Source: Candidatus Omnitrophota bacterium
GTDB lineage: Bacteria > Omnitrophota > Gorgyraeia > Zapsychrales > Fredricksoniimonadaceae
Direction: 5' to 3'
Length of the DNA stretch: 41,836 nt
Assembly (NCBI GenBank): GCA_017987425.1
Contig: JAGNTT010000001.1
Span: forward strand, 1-41,836
In this document: piece by piece, positions 30,602-40,397 of the stretch
Layout of the letters: every line of letters starts with the position of its first letter
Numbering within the stretch: position 1 is the first letter of the stretch
Made by a program: the position numbers and the translations under genes
Notes under the pieces: model-generated
Database searches by the model: none
What the model saw: the letters and a program-made list of their open reading frames with translations, nothing else
What the model was told of the DNA's origin: nothing

Positions 30602-33600
30602 TTATTTGTCCTTCTTGTCTTCGGTTTCCGCTGCATCGGCGTTAGGAATTTCGGTGCCTTCTGCTCTTTCCAACCGTATATCCAAGCAAAGTCCTTGCAA
30701 TTCTTTGACAAGAACGTTAAATGATTCCGGAGTACCCGGAGCTAACGCCTGTTCACCTTTAACAATGGCTTCATAAATGCGGCTACGGCCAGTTACGTCG
30801 TCGGACTTAACAGTCAGCATTTCCTGCAGTGTATAGGCCGCACCATAAGCCTCCAGCGCCCAGACTTCCATTTCCCCGAATCTCTGGCCACCGAAGTGAG
30901 CTTTACCGCCGAGCGGCTGCTGGGTAACCAGAGAATACGGCCCGATGGAACGAGCGTGGATTTTCTCATCAACCAAGTGGTTTAATTTAAGCATGTAAAT
31001 TGCGCCGACAGTCACTTTCTGTGCGAACGATTCGCCGGAGAACCCGTCGTAGACCACCGACTTGCCATCTTCGGAAAGACCGGCTTCTTTAAGATGCTGA
31101 CGAATCTCTTCTTCGGTCGCACCGTTAAAAACAGGGGTCTCGGCGTAGAACCCTAACGCATGGGCTGCCCAGCCTAAGTGGGTTTCGAGCAACTGACCGA
31201 CGTTCATACGGGACGGAACGCCTAGCGGATTAAGAATAATATCCACAGAGCGGCCATCAGCCAAGAACGGCATGTCTTCCTGGGGAACGATTCTTGAAAC
31301 AATACCTTTGTTTCCGTGACGACCGGCCATCTTGTCACCGACCTGCAGTTTACGCTTGGTGGCAACATAAACGACGACTCTCTTTAGAACACCGGCGGGA
31401 AGTTCATCTCCGCGGCGGACACGATCAATTTCACGAGTTTCTTCTTCCATAAGTTCGGCGATCTTGTCGTTATAGAATTCAAGCAACTGGCGCGGTTCGC
31501 TGTCTTCTTCAAGATCTTCAACAGTCAGCTTATTGACTTTTTTCTTGTCAATGCCGAGCAGCTTGCTTAATTTCGCGTCCTTTTCATCGACGATGAACTG
31601 AACTTCCTGGACAAAGTATTCTTTGATTTTCACGACAGCGGCGGATTCCTTGGATTTGTCTTCCTTGGATTTACGGCCGCGTTCGTTACGCTGGAAAGAT
31701 TCAATGTTAACAACGACGCCTTCGATACCCGGAGGCAATGTTAAAGACGTGTCACGGACATCGGCGGCTTTCTCACCGAAAATAGCGCGCAGAAGTCTTT
31801 CTTCGGGAGAAAGTTCCTTTTCGCTCTTCGGAGTGACTTTACCGACGAGGATATCACCGGCCTTGACTTCGGCACCGACGCGGACAACGCCGTCTTCCAT
31901 AAGATCCTTAAGAGCATCTTCCCCGACGTTCGGAATATCACGGGTGATTTCTTCGTTACCCAAACGGGTTTCACGGCATTCGCATTCGAAACGCTCGACG
32001 TGAATGGATGTAAATTTATCTTCGGCCACGATCTTTTCGTTGATCAGGATCGCGTCTTCGAAGTTGTATCCGCGCCACGGCATGAAAGCGACGATGGCAT
32101 TGCGCCCCAAAGCCAGACGTCCGTCTTTTGTGCCGATACCGTCAGCGATGATCTGCCCGGCTTCAACTTTCTGGCCCAACTTTACCAACGGAGCCTGATG
32201 AACGCACGTGTTGGCATTCGACCGCATAAAATTCTTAAGCGTATAAACATTTTTCCCGACAGTGATTTCACGTCCATCAACCTTGGTAACCGTGCCGGCA
32301 TCTTTGGACACGATCATAACCCCGGAATCGCGGGCAACTTTTTCTTCCATGCCCGTACCGACGTAAGGAACTTCCGTAACCATCAGCGGAACAGCCTGAC
32401 GCTGCATGTTGGAACCCATGAGCGCGCGGTTAGCGTCGTCGTGTTCTAGGAACGGAATCAAAGAAGCAGCCACCGAAACCAGCTGCTTCGGCGACACATC
32501 CATGAGTTCGACCTTATTCGGTGTCACGCGCGGAAAGTCCGTTTTATAACGGCATGAAACGTCTTTATCGGTGATCGTTCCGTCTTTGTCAAAACGGGTG
32601 TTCGCCTGAGCAATGTACTTGTTCTGGTCGATATCAGCGGTTAAATATTCAAACTTTTTAAGAATTTTTCCGTCGACAACTTTGCGGTACGGAGTTTCGA
32701 TAAAGCCGAGTTCATTAACGCGTGCACAAGTCGTCAAAGACGCAATCAGACCGATGTTCGGACCTTCAGGAGTTTCGATCGGACAAACACGGCCGTAGTG
32801 CGTCGGGTGAACGTCGCGAACTTCGAAACCGGCGCGTTCGCGGGAAAGACCGCCCGGACCAAGCGCGGACATACGGCGCTTGTGAGTCATTTCGGAAAGC
32901 GGGTTGACCTGATCCATGAACTGTGACAGCTGGCTTCTGGCGAAAAAGTCCTGGATCTGATTTGAAAACAAACGGGAGTTGATCAAATGATGGATCGTCA
33001 GGTTTTCAAAACTACTCATGACGACGAGACGTTCCTTGATGGAACGTTCCAAACGCGCCAGACCGATACGGACCTGGTTCTGAACCAGTTCCCCGACGGA
33101 CTTGATGCGGCGGTTACCCAAGTGATCAATATCATCCGTCTCACCGCGGCCTTCGCGAAGACCAACCAGATAACGGATAACTTCCACGACCGTTCTAATA
33201 TCCAATACACGGTTGTCCAAGGGAGCATCCGTGTTCAATTTGCGGTTGACGATGTGGCGACCGACCTTGCTCAAATCATAGCGCTTAGGATCGGAGAAAA
33301 GACGGAAGAACAAAGTTTCGGCAACCTCTACTGTGGCCGGTTCCGTCGGGCGCATTTTGCGGTAGAAATCAAGCAAAGCCTCTTCTTTGGATGTGGTGTG
33401 ATCTTTTTCCAAAGTCGGCTTCAATTTATCATAATAATCGCCCAACATTTGCTGCATGGCTTCCGAATCGGAAAGACCCATGATGCGCAAAATCTGAGAT
33501 GCCGGAAAATTGCGACGACGATCGACGAACGCAATCAAGACGTCGTTAAGGTCATATTTGATTTCAAACCAAGCGCCGCGGGAAGGAATAATACGGCCAT

Positions 33601-34108
33601 AGTAAATGCTTTTACCCGTCGGGTGAGTTTCTTCTTCGAATGAAACCCCCGGTGGACGCTGGATTTGAGAGACAACAACACGCTCATCACCGTTGATAAT
33701 GAATGTGCCTGTATCCGTCATGAGCGGGAAATCGCCGAAATAAACTTCCTGTTCCTTGATATCGACAGGAGTAATAAGACGAAGCTTCACTTTCAAAGGC
33801 GCGGAATAGGTCATGCCGCGTCTCTGACATTCATAACGGGAATATTTTTCTTTGCCTAAGGTATAACCAATGTATTCAAGACGAATTTGCCCGTCGTAGC
33901 TTTCCAGCGGGAATACTTCACGAAAGACCTCTTCCAGACCAGTGTCTTTGCGCTGGTCCGGCATAAGTTCACGTTGTAGAAACTCTGCGTAAGATACGGT
34001 TTGAATGTCTAAAAGCTGGGGGACTTCGAAATTGTCTTGGAACTTACCAAAATTCTTGATCTTCAATTTTGCCATATTCTCTTTCGCTGAATGGATGATT
34101 CCATCCAT
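30602..34108 (-). CDS. rpoB: DNA-directed RNA polymerase beta subunit
   Basis: 1168-aa ORF with the Rif-region motif [35 protein letters not shown] and SRMNVGQ. The start could instead be M12 (34075, [11 protein letters not shown]). Confidence 0.96.
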   Translation of the reverse strand: MDGIIHSAKENMAKLKIKNFGKFQDNFEVPQLLDIQTVSYAEFLQRELMPDQRKDTGLEEVFREVFPLESYDGQIRLEYIGYTLGKEKYSRYECQRRGMTYSAPLKVKLRLITPVDIKEQEVYFGDFPLMTDTGTFIINGDERVVVSQIQRPPGVSFEEETHPTGKSIYYGRIIPSRGAWFEIKYDLNDVLIAFVDRRRNFPASQILRIMGLSDSEAMQQMLGDYYDKLKPTLEKDHTTSKEEALLDFYRKMRPTEPATVEVAETLFFRLFSDPKRYDLSKVGRHIVNRKLNTDAPLDNRVLDIRTVVEVIRYLVGLREGRGETDDIDHLGNRRIKSVGELVQNQVRIGLARLERSIKERLVVMSSFENLTIHHLINSRLFSNQIQDFFARSQLSQFMDQVNPLSEMTHKRRMSALGPGGLSRERAGFEVRDVHPTHYGRVCPIETPEGPNIGLIASLTTCARVNELGFIETPYRKVVDGKILKKFEYLTADIDQNKYIAQANTRFDKDGTITDKDVSCRYKTDFPRVTPNKVELMDVSPKQLVSVAASLIPFLEHDDANRALMGSNMQRQAVPLMVTEVPYVGTGMEEKVARDSGVMIVSKDAGTVTKVDGREITVGKNVYTLKNFMRSNANTCVHQAPLVKLGQKVEAGQIIADGIGTKDGRLALGRNAIVAFMPWRGYNFEDAILINEKIVAEDKFTSIHVERFECECRETRLGNEEITRDIPNVGEDALKDLMEDGVVRVGAEVKAGDILVGKVTPKSEKELSPEERLLRAIFGEKAADVRDTSLTLPPGIEGVVVNIESFQRNERGRKSKEDKSKESAAVVKIKEYFVQEVQFIVDEKDAKLSKLLGIDKKKVNKLTVEDLEEDSEPRQLLEFYNDKIAELMEEETREIDRVRRGDELPAGVLKRVVVYVATKRKLQVGDKMAGRHGNKGIVSRIVPQEDMPFLADGRSVDIILNPLGVPSRMNVGQLLETHLGWAAHALGFYAETPVFNGATEEEIRQHLKEAGLSEDGKSVVYDGFSGESFAQKVTVGAIYMLKLNHLVDEKIHARSIGPYSLVTQQPLGGKAHFGGQRFGEMEVWALEAYGAAYTLQEMLTVKSDDVTGRSRIYEAIVKGEQALAPGTPESFNVLVKELQGLCLDIRLERAEGTEIPNADAAETEDKKDK

Positions 34109-34179
34109 TGGTGAAGGATTAAAAGAATCTGAGCGCGCGGCCAGCCTTATTGATCGTCGTCTTTACTTGCAAATTTAGC

Positions 34180-34223
34180 GTCAAATCTCCAATAGCCTTT
34201 TAAGGGGTTATTGGAGATTTGAC
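34180..34223 (-). promoter_or_regulatory. Long perfect hairpin in the rplL-rpoB spacer (candidate attenuator or RNase III processing site)
   Basis: GTCAAATCTCCAATA (34180-34194) pairs perfectly with TATTGGAGATTTGAC (34209-34223) over 15 bp, plus an inner CC/GG pair. No U tract follows on the transcribed strand. Confidence 0.5.
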
Positions 34224-34242
34224 GAACAAAGATCAATGACAA

Positions 34243-34626
34243 TTATTGAAGCTCAACTTTAGCGCCGGCAGCTTCGAGTTTCTTTTTGAGATCTTCGGCT
34301 TCGGCTTTCGGAACGCTTTCCTTGACCATTTTAGGAGCAGCTTCAACAAGATCCTTGGCTTCTTTTAGACCCAAGTTTGTAACGGCGCGAACTTCCTTGA
34401 TAACGCCGATCTTGTTTGTGCCAGCTTCCTTGAGGAAAACGTTGAATGAGGTTTTCTCTTCGGCAGGAGCAGCGGCAGCGCCACCAGCAGCAGGCCCAGC
34501 CATCATCATCGGGGCCGCAGCCTGAATACCCAACTCATCTTCCAGCATTTTAACCAGATCAGCAGCTTCAAGAACCGTAAGGTTCTTGATGGTAGTTGCG
34601 ATATCCGCTAATTTAGTGTTCGACAT
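34243..34626 (-). CDS. rplL: 50S ribosomal protein L7/L12
   Basis: [10 protein letters not shown]...[18 protein letters not shown]...KVELQ. I chose the ATG at 34626 because GGGAGGA lies 6 nt upstream and it follows the rplJ stop. The ORF track's longer start at 34650 lies inside rplJ. Confidence 0.9.
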   Translation of the reverse strand: MSNTKLADIATTIKNLTVLEAADLVKMLEDELGIQAAAPMMMAGPAAGGAAAAPAEEKTSFNVFLKEAGTNKIGVIKEVRAVTNLGLKEAKDLVEAAPKMVKESVPKAEAEDLKKKLEAAGAKVELQ

Positions 34627-34627
34627 C

Positions 34628-35155
34628 TTAGGATCCTCCCTTTTTTTCACTATACTGTTTCAAAATTGATAACAGATCACGACTCTTTGCGTTTAATATG
34701 TTAGCCAGCTTGGTAGCCGGTGATTGCATGAGAGAAAGTAATTTTGCGATGAGAACTTCACGGGAAGGCAGATCGGAAAGACGGGTGACATCTTCTTTTG
34801 GCAGGAATGCCCCATCCAGAAGGCCTCCCTGGACCGCAAAACCTTTACACTCTTTGGAAAACTTGACGAGGATTTTGGAGATTTCAGCGGCATCCGAATC
34901 CGTATGGACGAAGGCCACCTGATTGTTGACATCGGCAGCAGCAGGCGCCAAAGGCTGATCTTTAAGGGCAATACGTGCGATCTTGCTCTTTGTGACCTTC
35001 ATTTTGGCGGACTTCTTGCTCAGATCCTTACGCAAGATGTTCATTTGAGCCGCGGAAACTCCGCTGTAACTGACTAAGAACGTATTTTGATTCTTTTCAA
35101 CACCATCTTTGATGGCGCCGACTAACTGTTTTCTGAAAATTTCTCCGACCTTCAT
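34628..35155 (-). CDS. rplJ: 50S ribosomal protein L10
   Basis: 175-aa ORF at the position between rplA and rplL, with an L10-like [20 protein letters not shown]. Its ATG overlaps the rplA TGA (ATGA). Confidence 0.92.
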   Translation of the reverse strand: MKVGEIFRKQLVGAIKDGVEKNQNTFLVSYSGVSAAQMNILRKDLSKKSAKMKVTKSKIARIALKDQPLAPAAADVNNQVAFVHTDSDAAEISKILVKFSKECKGFAVQGGLLDGAFLPKEDVTRLSDLPSREVLIAKLLSLMQSPATKLANILNAKSRDLLSILKQYSEKKGGS

Positions 35156-35832
35156 AACGTCACCTTTATTCCCGGCCCCATAGTCGTGGAAAGAGCCAAC
35201 GTCTTGATCAAATTTCCTTTGACGCTGTTTGGTTTGGCATGATTCACAGCATCAATGACATGGGTTGCGTTTTCAATCAGTTGATCTTCATTGAACGATC
35301 TCTTGCCGATTCCGACATGAATACCGCCCTGCTTGTCGGATTTGAACTCAATGCGTCCGGCTTTAACCTCGTTAATTGTGCGAACAACGTCGGTTGTGAC
35401 GGTGCCTGCTTTGGGGCTCGGCATCAGGCCGCGGGGGCCAAGAACCTTACCCAGCTTGCTGATTTCGCGCATCATATCGGGGGTTGCCACAACGCAATCG
35501 AATTCCATAAATCCGCTGGCGACTTTAGCGACCAAGTCGGCACCGCCCACATGATCAGCACCTGCGTCCTTGGCTTTCTGCACATTATCACCCGTGCAAA
35601 AAACCGCAACACGCACTTTTTTACCGACACCGTGCGGAAGTGCCACTGTACCGCGTACAGCCTGATCCGGAGACTTAAGATCGATGCTCAAATGGAAATG
35701 CAATTCAACGGTCTCGTCGAATTTAACCTTCGGAAACTGTGAAACTCCTTTAACAGCTTCGCGTAAAGGTAATGTAACCGTCGGATTAACGCCTTCTTTG
35801 GCTTTTTTCATTCTTTTGCTGAGTGTTGCCAT
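35152..35832 (-). CDS. rplA: 50S ribosomal protein L1
   Basis: MATLSKRMKKAKEG... with the ATG at 35832, 4 nt after the rplK stop and preceded by AAGGGA. The longer start at 35853 would overlap rplK. Confidence 0.92.
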   Translation of the reverse strand: MATLSKRMKKAKEGVNPTVTLPLREAVKGVSQFPKVKFDETVELHFHLSIDLKSPDQAVRGTVALPHGVGKKVRVAVFCTGDNVQKAKDAGADHVGGADLVAKVASGFMEFDCVVATPDMMREISKLGKVLGPRGLMPSPKAGTVTTDVVRTINEVKAGRIEFKSDKQGGIHVGIGKRSFNEDQLIENATHVIDAVNHAKPNSVKGNLIKTLALSTTMGPGIKVTL

Positions 35833-35836
35833 AGTT

Positions 35837-36262
35837 TTATCCCTTGATTTCAATTCCCATGCTTCGGCATGTTCCGGAAATAACGGTAATCGCTTGTTTA
35901 AGATCTGCCGTATTCAAATCTTCCATTTTCATTTTCGCAATTTCCTCGACCTGCTTCAGGGTCAAACTGCCGATGACTTCCTTACCAGCGGTACCGGAAG
36001 CTTTCGCCAATTTTGCTGACTTTTTGATTAAAGCGGTGGAAGGAGGGGTTTTGATTATGAAATCGAACGATTTGTCTTTATAGACTGAAATGATGACCGG
36101 AAGCGGGATCGGATCGCGACCTTTAGTTTTGTCATTAAACTGCTTACAAAAGCCCATGATGTTGACCCCGTGCTGACCTAGGGCTGGACCGACCGGCGGC
36201 GCAGGATTTGCCTGCCCGGCTGCAACGTATAATTTAATTACTGCAACGACTTCTTTGGCCAT
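35837..36262 (-). CDS. rplK: 50S ribosomal protein L11
   Basis: [43 protein letters not shown]..., 141 aa. Confidence 0.95.
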   Translation of the reverse strand: MAKEVVAVIKLYVAAGQANPAPPVGPALGQHGVNIMGFCKQFNDKTKGRDPIPLPVIISVYKDKSFDFIIKTPPSTALIKKSAKLAKASGTAGKEVIGSLTLKQVEEIAKMKMEDLNTADLKQAITVISGTCRSMGIEIKG

Positions 36263-36363
36263 AATGAACTCACTTATTTAAGAGAAACACAACTACTTGT
36301 CACTTTGTAAACTTTTAGTTGCGTTTCCACCCTGTTTAGGGATTAATGATTCACTCATATCTG

Positions 36364-36394
36364 AAAATCTCAACAGCAGAGGCAGCTCTCGAGA
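36364..36394 (-). terminator. Possible weak terminator or attenuator after nusG
   Basis: Minus-strand UCUCGAGAGC-UGCCUCU-GCUGUUGAGA (8 of 10 positions paired) followed by UUUU. It is imperfect, so this is tentative. Confidence 0.3.
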
Positions 36395-36406
36395 CGATCA
36401 TTCGTT

Positions 36407-36931
36407 TTAAATTTTTTCAACCTGCCAGTATTCCAACTCGACGAGCGTGGCACGCCCGAAAATAGAAACGCTGACCTTGAGTTTCCCCCGGTCAGGATAA
36501 ACTTCCATCACAGATCCATTGAAGTTAGCAAACGGACCCTGCGCAATACGCACAGCCTCGCCGATTTCAAAGATTATCTTCGGCGACGGTTTAGATTCCG
36601 TCTCGACTGTACGCTTCAATATGTTATTGACTTCGCTTTCCGTTAAAGGCTGAGGACGACGGCCCGGTCCGATAAAACCAGTAATACCTGGAGTGGTTTT
36701 GACCAGATACCAGCTTTCCTTGTTCATCTCCATTTTGAGGATGATGTAACCCGGAAAGAATTTGCGTGTTGATATGCGCTTCTTACCTCCACGGACTTCG
36801 GAGACTTGCTCCGTCGGAACAACAATTTCTTCGATATACTGTTTCAGAGCAGTTGTGGCCATGCGACTTTCTAAGCCCGCCTTAGCTCTTTCCTCTGCAC
36901 CCGTTTGTGTGTGAATGACATACCATTTCAT
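36407..36931 (-). CDS. nusG: Transcription termination/antitermination factor NusG
   Basis: MKWYVIHTQTGAEERA... NGN domain and a C-terminal KOW (GEAVRIAQGPFANFNGSV), 174 aa. Confidence 0.95.
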   Translation of the reverse strand: MKWYVIHTQTGAEERAKAGLESRMATTALKQYIEEIVVPTEQVSEVRGGKKRISTRKFFPGYIILKMEMNKESWYLVKTTPGITGFIGPGRRPQPLTESEVNNILKRTVETESKPSPKIIFEIGEAVRIAQGPFANFNGSVMEVYPDRGKLKVSVSIFGRATLVELEYWQVEKI

Positions 36932-36936
36932 AAGCG

Positions 36937-37188
36937 TTATCTATTGATGATCAGTGATAGAAATTTTGAAAGAGCGAAGTCCGTTATTCCGATAAAAACC
37001 GCCAAAGCAATTGAACTCAGCAAAACAATCCACGTTGAATCTATAAGTTCTTTTCTTGTCGGCCATGAAACTTTTTTTAGTTCGACGGAAACTTCCGTCA
37101 GAAATACCCTGATTCTTTCCCGGTAAATGAAAACAGTTACGAGAATTCCCGCGGCAACAATGATCGTTATTATTTTTTGAACGTCCAT
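36937..37188 (-). CDS. secE: Preprotein translocase subunit SecE
   Basis: FLTEVSVELKKVSWPTRKEL plus a TM segment. I chose the start at M15 (37188) because the longer ORF (to 37230) runs into tRNA-Trp. Confidence 0.85.
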   Translation of the reverse strand: MDVQKIITIIVAAGILVTVFIYRERIRVFLTEVSVELKKVSWPTRKELIDSTWIVLLSSIALAVFIGITDFALSKFLSLIINR

Positions 37189-37203
37189 ATAAAAATAATT
37201 CCG

Positions 37204-37277
37204 CAGGCCAGGCAGGAGTCGAACCTGCAACCTTCGGTTTTGGAGACCGTCGCTCTACCAATTGGAGCTACTGGCCT
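37204..37277 (-). tRNA. trnW: tRNA-Trp (anticodon CCA)
   Basis: AGGCCAGTAGCTCCAATTGGTAGAGCGACGGTCTCCAAAACCGAAGGTTGCAGGTTCGACTCCTGCCTGGCCTG folds as a hand-drawn cloverleaf. It has a 7-bp acceptor stem, a TTCGACT T-loop, a CU-CCA-AA anticodon loop and discriminator G, with no encoded 3' CCA. Confidence 0.92.
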
Positions 37278-37331
37278 ATCGCTATCTCCTTCGTCGATCA
37301 GGCCAAGCCTCACCGACGCACCACCTAAAAA

Positions 37332-37484
37332 TTACTTCTTAGTTTCCTTGTGAGGAGTGTGCTTCCGACAAAACCGACAATATTTGCTTGTCTCAATACG
37401 TTCGGGTTTTTTCTTTTTATCTTTGGTACTGTTGTAAGTAACCCTGTTACAAACCGTGCATTGAAAATGGATAATTTCTCGCAT
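37332..37484 (-). CDS. rpmG: 50S ribosomal protein L33 (zinc-ribbon form)
   Basis: Not in the ORF track. My translation gives MREIIHFQCTVCNRVTYNSTKDKKKKPERIETSKYCRFCRKHTPHKETKK*, with CxxC...CxxC. Confidence 0.9.
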   Translation of the reverse strand: MREIIHFQCTVCNRVTYNSTKDKKKKPERIETSKYCRFCRKHTPHKETKK

Positions 37485-37515
37485 TGCAAATCTTCTTTTT
37501 GTAGCTGAAGGTTAA

Positions 37516-37588
37516 AGCCCCCGACCGGAATCGAACCGGTGGCCTCGTCCTTACCAAGGACGTGCTCTACCGGCTGAGCTACAGGGGC
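37516..37588 (-). tRNA. trnT: tRNA-Thr (anticodon GGU)
   Basis: GCCCCTGTAGCTCAGCCGGTAGAGCACGTCCTTGGTAAGGACGAGGCCACCGGTTCGATTCCGGTCGGGGGCT follows canonical numbering. The anticodon GGT is at positions 34-36 and the T-loop is TTCGATT, with no encoded CCA. Confidence 0.92.
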
Positions 37589-37605
37589 ATAAAATATAAA
37601 AACAA

Positions 37606-37634
37606 AGTATATTAATATAGATTATGTTTGTCAA
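37606..37634 (-). promoter_or_regulatory. Sigma70-type promoter for tRNA-Thr/rpmG/tRNA-Trp/secE/nusG
   Basis: Minus strand reads TTGACA (37634-37629), a 17-nt spacer, then TATACT (37611-37606). The upstream flank is AT-rich and the tRNA 5' end lies 17 nt beyond the -10. Confidence 0.65.
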
Positions 37635-37686
37635 GTTTTATTTTGTAACAAAAAGAAATATAATCATTTAAGCGCCGACCACAAAC

Positions 37687-38847
37687 CTAAATAAGTCTTA
37701 AAAATCTGCGCTTACCAACCTTGAGCACGCCATTTTTCAACTTAGCATGCTCATTTTCAATCAAATCACCGTCGAGAGTAACCGCTTTTTGCTGAATAAG
37801 ACGCCGAGCTTCATTTTTGGACGGCGCCATTTTCCAACCAAGCATAATTGACACAACATCTTCATTGACTTTGAGTTTATGCTCTGGAATATCATCCGGC
37901 ACCTGGTGCTGACTGAACACCGATTCAAATTGCGAACGAGCTTCTTGCGCTTTTTCCTGACCATAAAACTGCGCAACGATTTTCTGTGCCAACTGCAATT
38001 TGGATTCTTTAGGATGAACATCTTTAATGGATTTTAAATCCACATCCGTCAGAAGTTCATAATACCGCGCCATCAGATCGTCGGAGATTGACATAATCTT
38101 TCCGAAAATGTCGTCGGCTTTTTCATTAATGCCGATATAGTTTCCGAGCGACTTGGACATCTTTTGGACGCCGTCAGTTCCCTCCAACAAAGGCGTCATG
38201 ATGACGACTTGCGGAGGCTGATTGTAAGCTTCCTGAAGTTGGCGTCCCATCAAAAGATTGAACTTTTGGTCTGACCCGCCAAGCTCAATGTCCGCTTTCA
38301 AATGAACTGAATCATATCCTTGTAAAAGCGGATAAATGAATTCAAGCAGACTAATCTCTCTGCCGGATTCAAAACGTTTCTTGAAGTCGGCGCGGGCGAG
38401 CATTTGCGCAACCGTGGAATGAGCGGTCAGCTCCAGAATGTCCTGTGGCGATAATTTTGCCAGCCAATGACTGTTGAAAACTACTTCCGTCTTCTTGGAA
38501 TCAAGAATTTTGAAGACTTGCTTTTTGTAAGTCTGAGCGTTGACTTCAATCTCCTGAAGACTCATTTTCCGACGGAGCTGGTCTTTACCGGTCGGATCTC
38601 CGACCTGGGCGGTAAAATCACCAATGAGAAAAAACACACGATGGCCTAATTCTTGAAATAATTTAAGCTTGTTGAGCAAAACAGTATGACCAAGATGAAT
38701 ATCGGGAGCCGTCGGATCAAAACCCGCTTTAACAACAAGGGGCTTTTTGTTCTTCTGGCTGTATGTGAGCTTCGCCTCTAATCCCTCGGGGTTAATAATT
38801 TCAACCGTACCCCGAGTGATCTGTTCGATAATGTCGCTCACACTCAT
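37687..38847 (-). CDS. tyrS: Tyrosyl-tRNA synthetase
   Basis: 386-aa ORF with the HIGH motif (PDIHLGH), KMSKS, and a C-terminal S4-like domain. Confidence 0.93.
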   Translation of the reverse strand: MSVSDIIEQITRGTVEIINPEGLEAKLTYSQKNKKPLVVKAGFDPTAPDIHLGHTVLLNKLKLFQELGHRVFFLIGDFTAQVGDPTGKDQLRRKMSLQEIEVNAQTYKKQVFKILDSKKTEVVFNSHWLAKLSPQDILELTAHSTVAQMLARADFKKRFESGREISLLEFIYPLLQGYDSVHLKADIELGGSDQKFNLLMGRQLQEAYNQPPQVVIMTPLLEGTDGVQKMSKSLGNYIGINEKADDIFGKIMSISDDLMARYYELLTDVDLKSIKDVHPKESKLQLAQKIVAQFYGQEKAQEARSQFESVFSQHQVPDDIPEHKLKVNEDVVSIMLGWKMAPSKNEARRLIQQKAVTLDGDLIENEHAKLKNGVLKVGKRRFLRLI

Positions 38848-38852
38848 AGCAC

Positions 38853-40397
38853 TTACATCCGGGCGCTGACACCGATTTTCATTTGCTCGACATCAACTTT
38901 AATCACGCGAACCTTGAGACGGTCGCCCGGTTTCAAAGACGCAGCCTGCTGCTTATCGATCTCGGATGAATAAACAAGCGCTTCGACATCCTGTTCAAGC
39001 TTTACAAAAACGCCGAAATTAGAATTCATCACGACTTCAGAATCAACTTCCGTTCCGACAGGATAACGTTCGGCTAATTGCGGCCAAGGATTATCCAGAA
39101 GCTGTTTGAGACCCAAGGTAATTTTGCGGTTATCTCCGTCGACAGCCAGAACAACCACCTGGACTTCCTGTCCTTTTTGAACGACTTCCTGAGGATGATT
39201 AACCTTCTTGGTCCAAGACATGTCGGAAACATGGATCATACCTTCGAGACCAGCTTCAAGCTCAACGAAAGCGCCGTAGTCTGTAAAGCCGCGGACCGCA
39301 CCCTTAACTTTTGAACCGACCGGGAATTTTTCGCCCGCCGTCTTCCAAGGGTTATCCCCAAGCTGCTTCATAGAAAGCGAAATGCGCTTATTGTCCTTAT
39401 CAACATTAATGATCTGAACCTCGATTTCATCGCCCAATTTGAACATTTCCTGGGGATTGACGAGCTTCTTCTGCCATGTGATTTCGGACGAGTGCAAAAG
39501 GCCTTCGATGCCCTTGTCGATCTCAACGAATACGCCATAAGGCATGATATTGACGACTTTGCCCTTAACTTTAGTTCCCGTCGGGAATTTGTCATAGACA
39601 GCTTCCCAGGGATTGGAGATGATTTGCTTTAAACCGAGAGAGACTTTGGAATTTTCTTTATCAAAATCGAGGATCATGACTTCGATTTTATCGCCGATTG
39701 AGACGATTTCGGAAGGATGATTGATGCGTGACCAGCTCATATCCGTGATATGAAGAAGGCCGTCCACCCCGCCCAAATCAACGAAAGCGCCGAAATCGGT
39801 GATACCCTTGACAGTACCCTTGCGGCGCTCGCCCTTGACCAGCTGGCCCCAGAGCTTTTCGCGCACTTCCTCGCGTTCTTTCTGAACCATTTCACGGCGT
39901 GAAAGGATCAGATTGCGACGCTGTTTATTCATTTTGGCAACTAAGAAACGGTACTTGTGAGCCATGATCTCATGATTGGAAAGTCCTTTGAATGCGGACA
40001 AAGACATGGGAAGGAACGCTTCAACACCATAAACGTCGACGATGTAGCCGCCTTTGACGACACGGACGATCTTGCCTTCAACCAGATCGCCTTCATTAAT
40101 TTCGTCTGAAATCTTCTGCCAGCCTTTGAGTTTCTCAGCCTTTCCGTGGGAAAGGACCAAGCGGCCGTGATCATCCTCAATCACCTCGATCAAAACATCG
40201 ATCTGCTGACCGACAGTAAGCTGGTCATGACCGCGGAATTCTTCAATATCCACGAAGCCTTCCGATTTAAATCCGATATCTACAACAACTTCCTTGTTCG
40301 TGACGGCAACGATGCTGCCCTTCACAATTTCGCCTTCCTTAATATCTTTAAGGGTACTGGCGTACAACTCATCCATCATTGAACGATTGTCACTCAT
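38853..40397 (-). CDS. rpsA: 30S ribosomal protein S1
   Basis: 514-aa ORF with repeated S1/OB motifs ([26 protein letters not shown]-type repeats). Confidence 0.93.
   Translation of the reverse strand: [514 protein letters not shown]

Noticed and set aside
34627-34650. Extended N-termini suggested by the ORF track for rplL (MKKREDPK-) and rplA (MKSRDKT-, 35833-35853).
   Set aside because: The extensions overlap the preceding genes. The internal ATGs give canonical N-termini, sit just after the upstream stops and have better SD sequences.
36263-36406. Possible promoter (GTGACA-17-TAAATA) and L1-binding leader in the nusG-rplK spacer.
   Set aside because: The -10 matches only 3 of 6 positions and would leave a leader of about 5 nt. 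I could not recognise an L1/23S-mimic motif by eye. Only the weak hairpin plus U4 at 36364-36394 is reported, at low confidence.
36941-37261. 106-aa ORF, and the 97-aa extended secE ORF (36937-37230), reaching upstream.
   Set aside because: Both run through the tRNA-Trp gene (37204-37277). The conserved SecE sequence is fully contained in the shorter 36937-37188 call.
37635-37686. Looked for a terminator after tyrS and for a T-box or leader before tyrS.
   Set aside because: No stable stem plus U tract is visible downstream of the tyrS stop. The TTTTGTAACAAAA palindrome has essentially no loop. There is also no space upstream, because the gap to rpsA is 5 nt.
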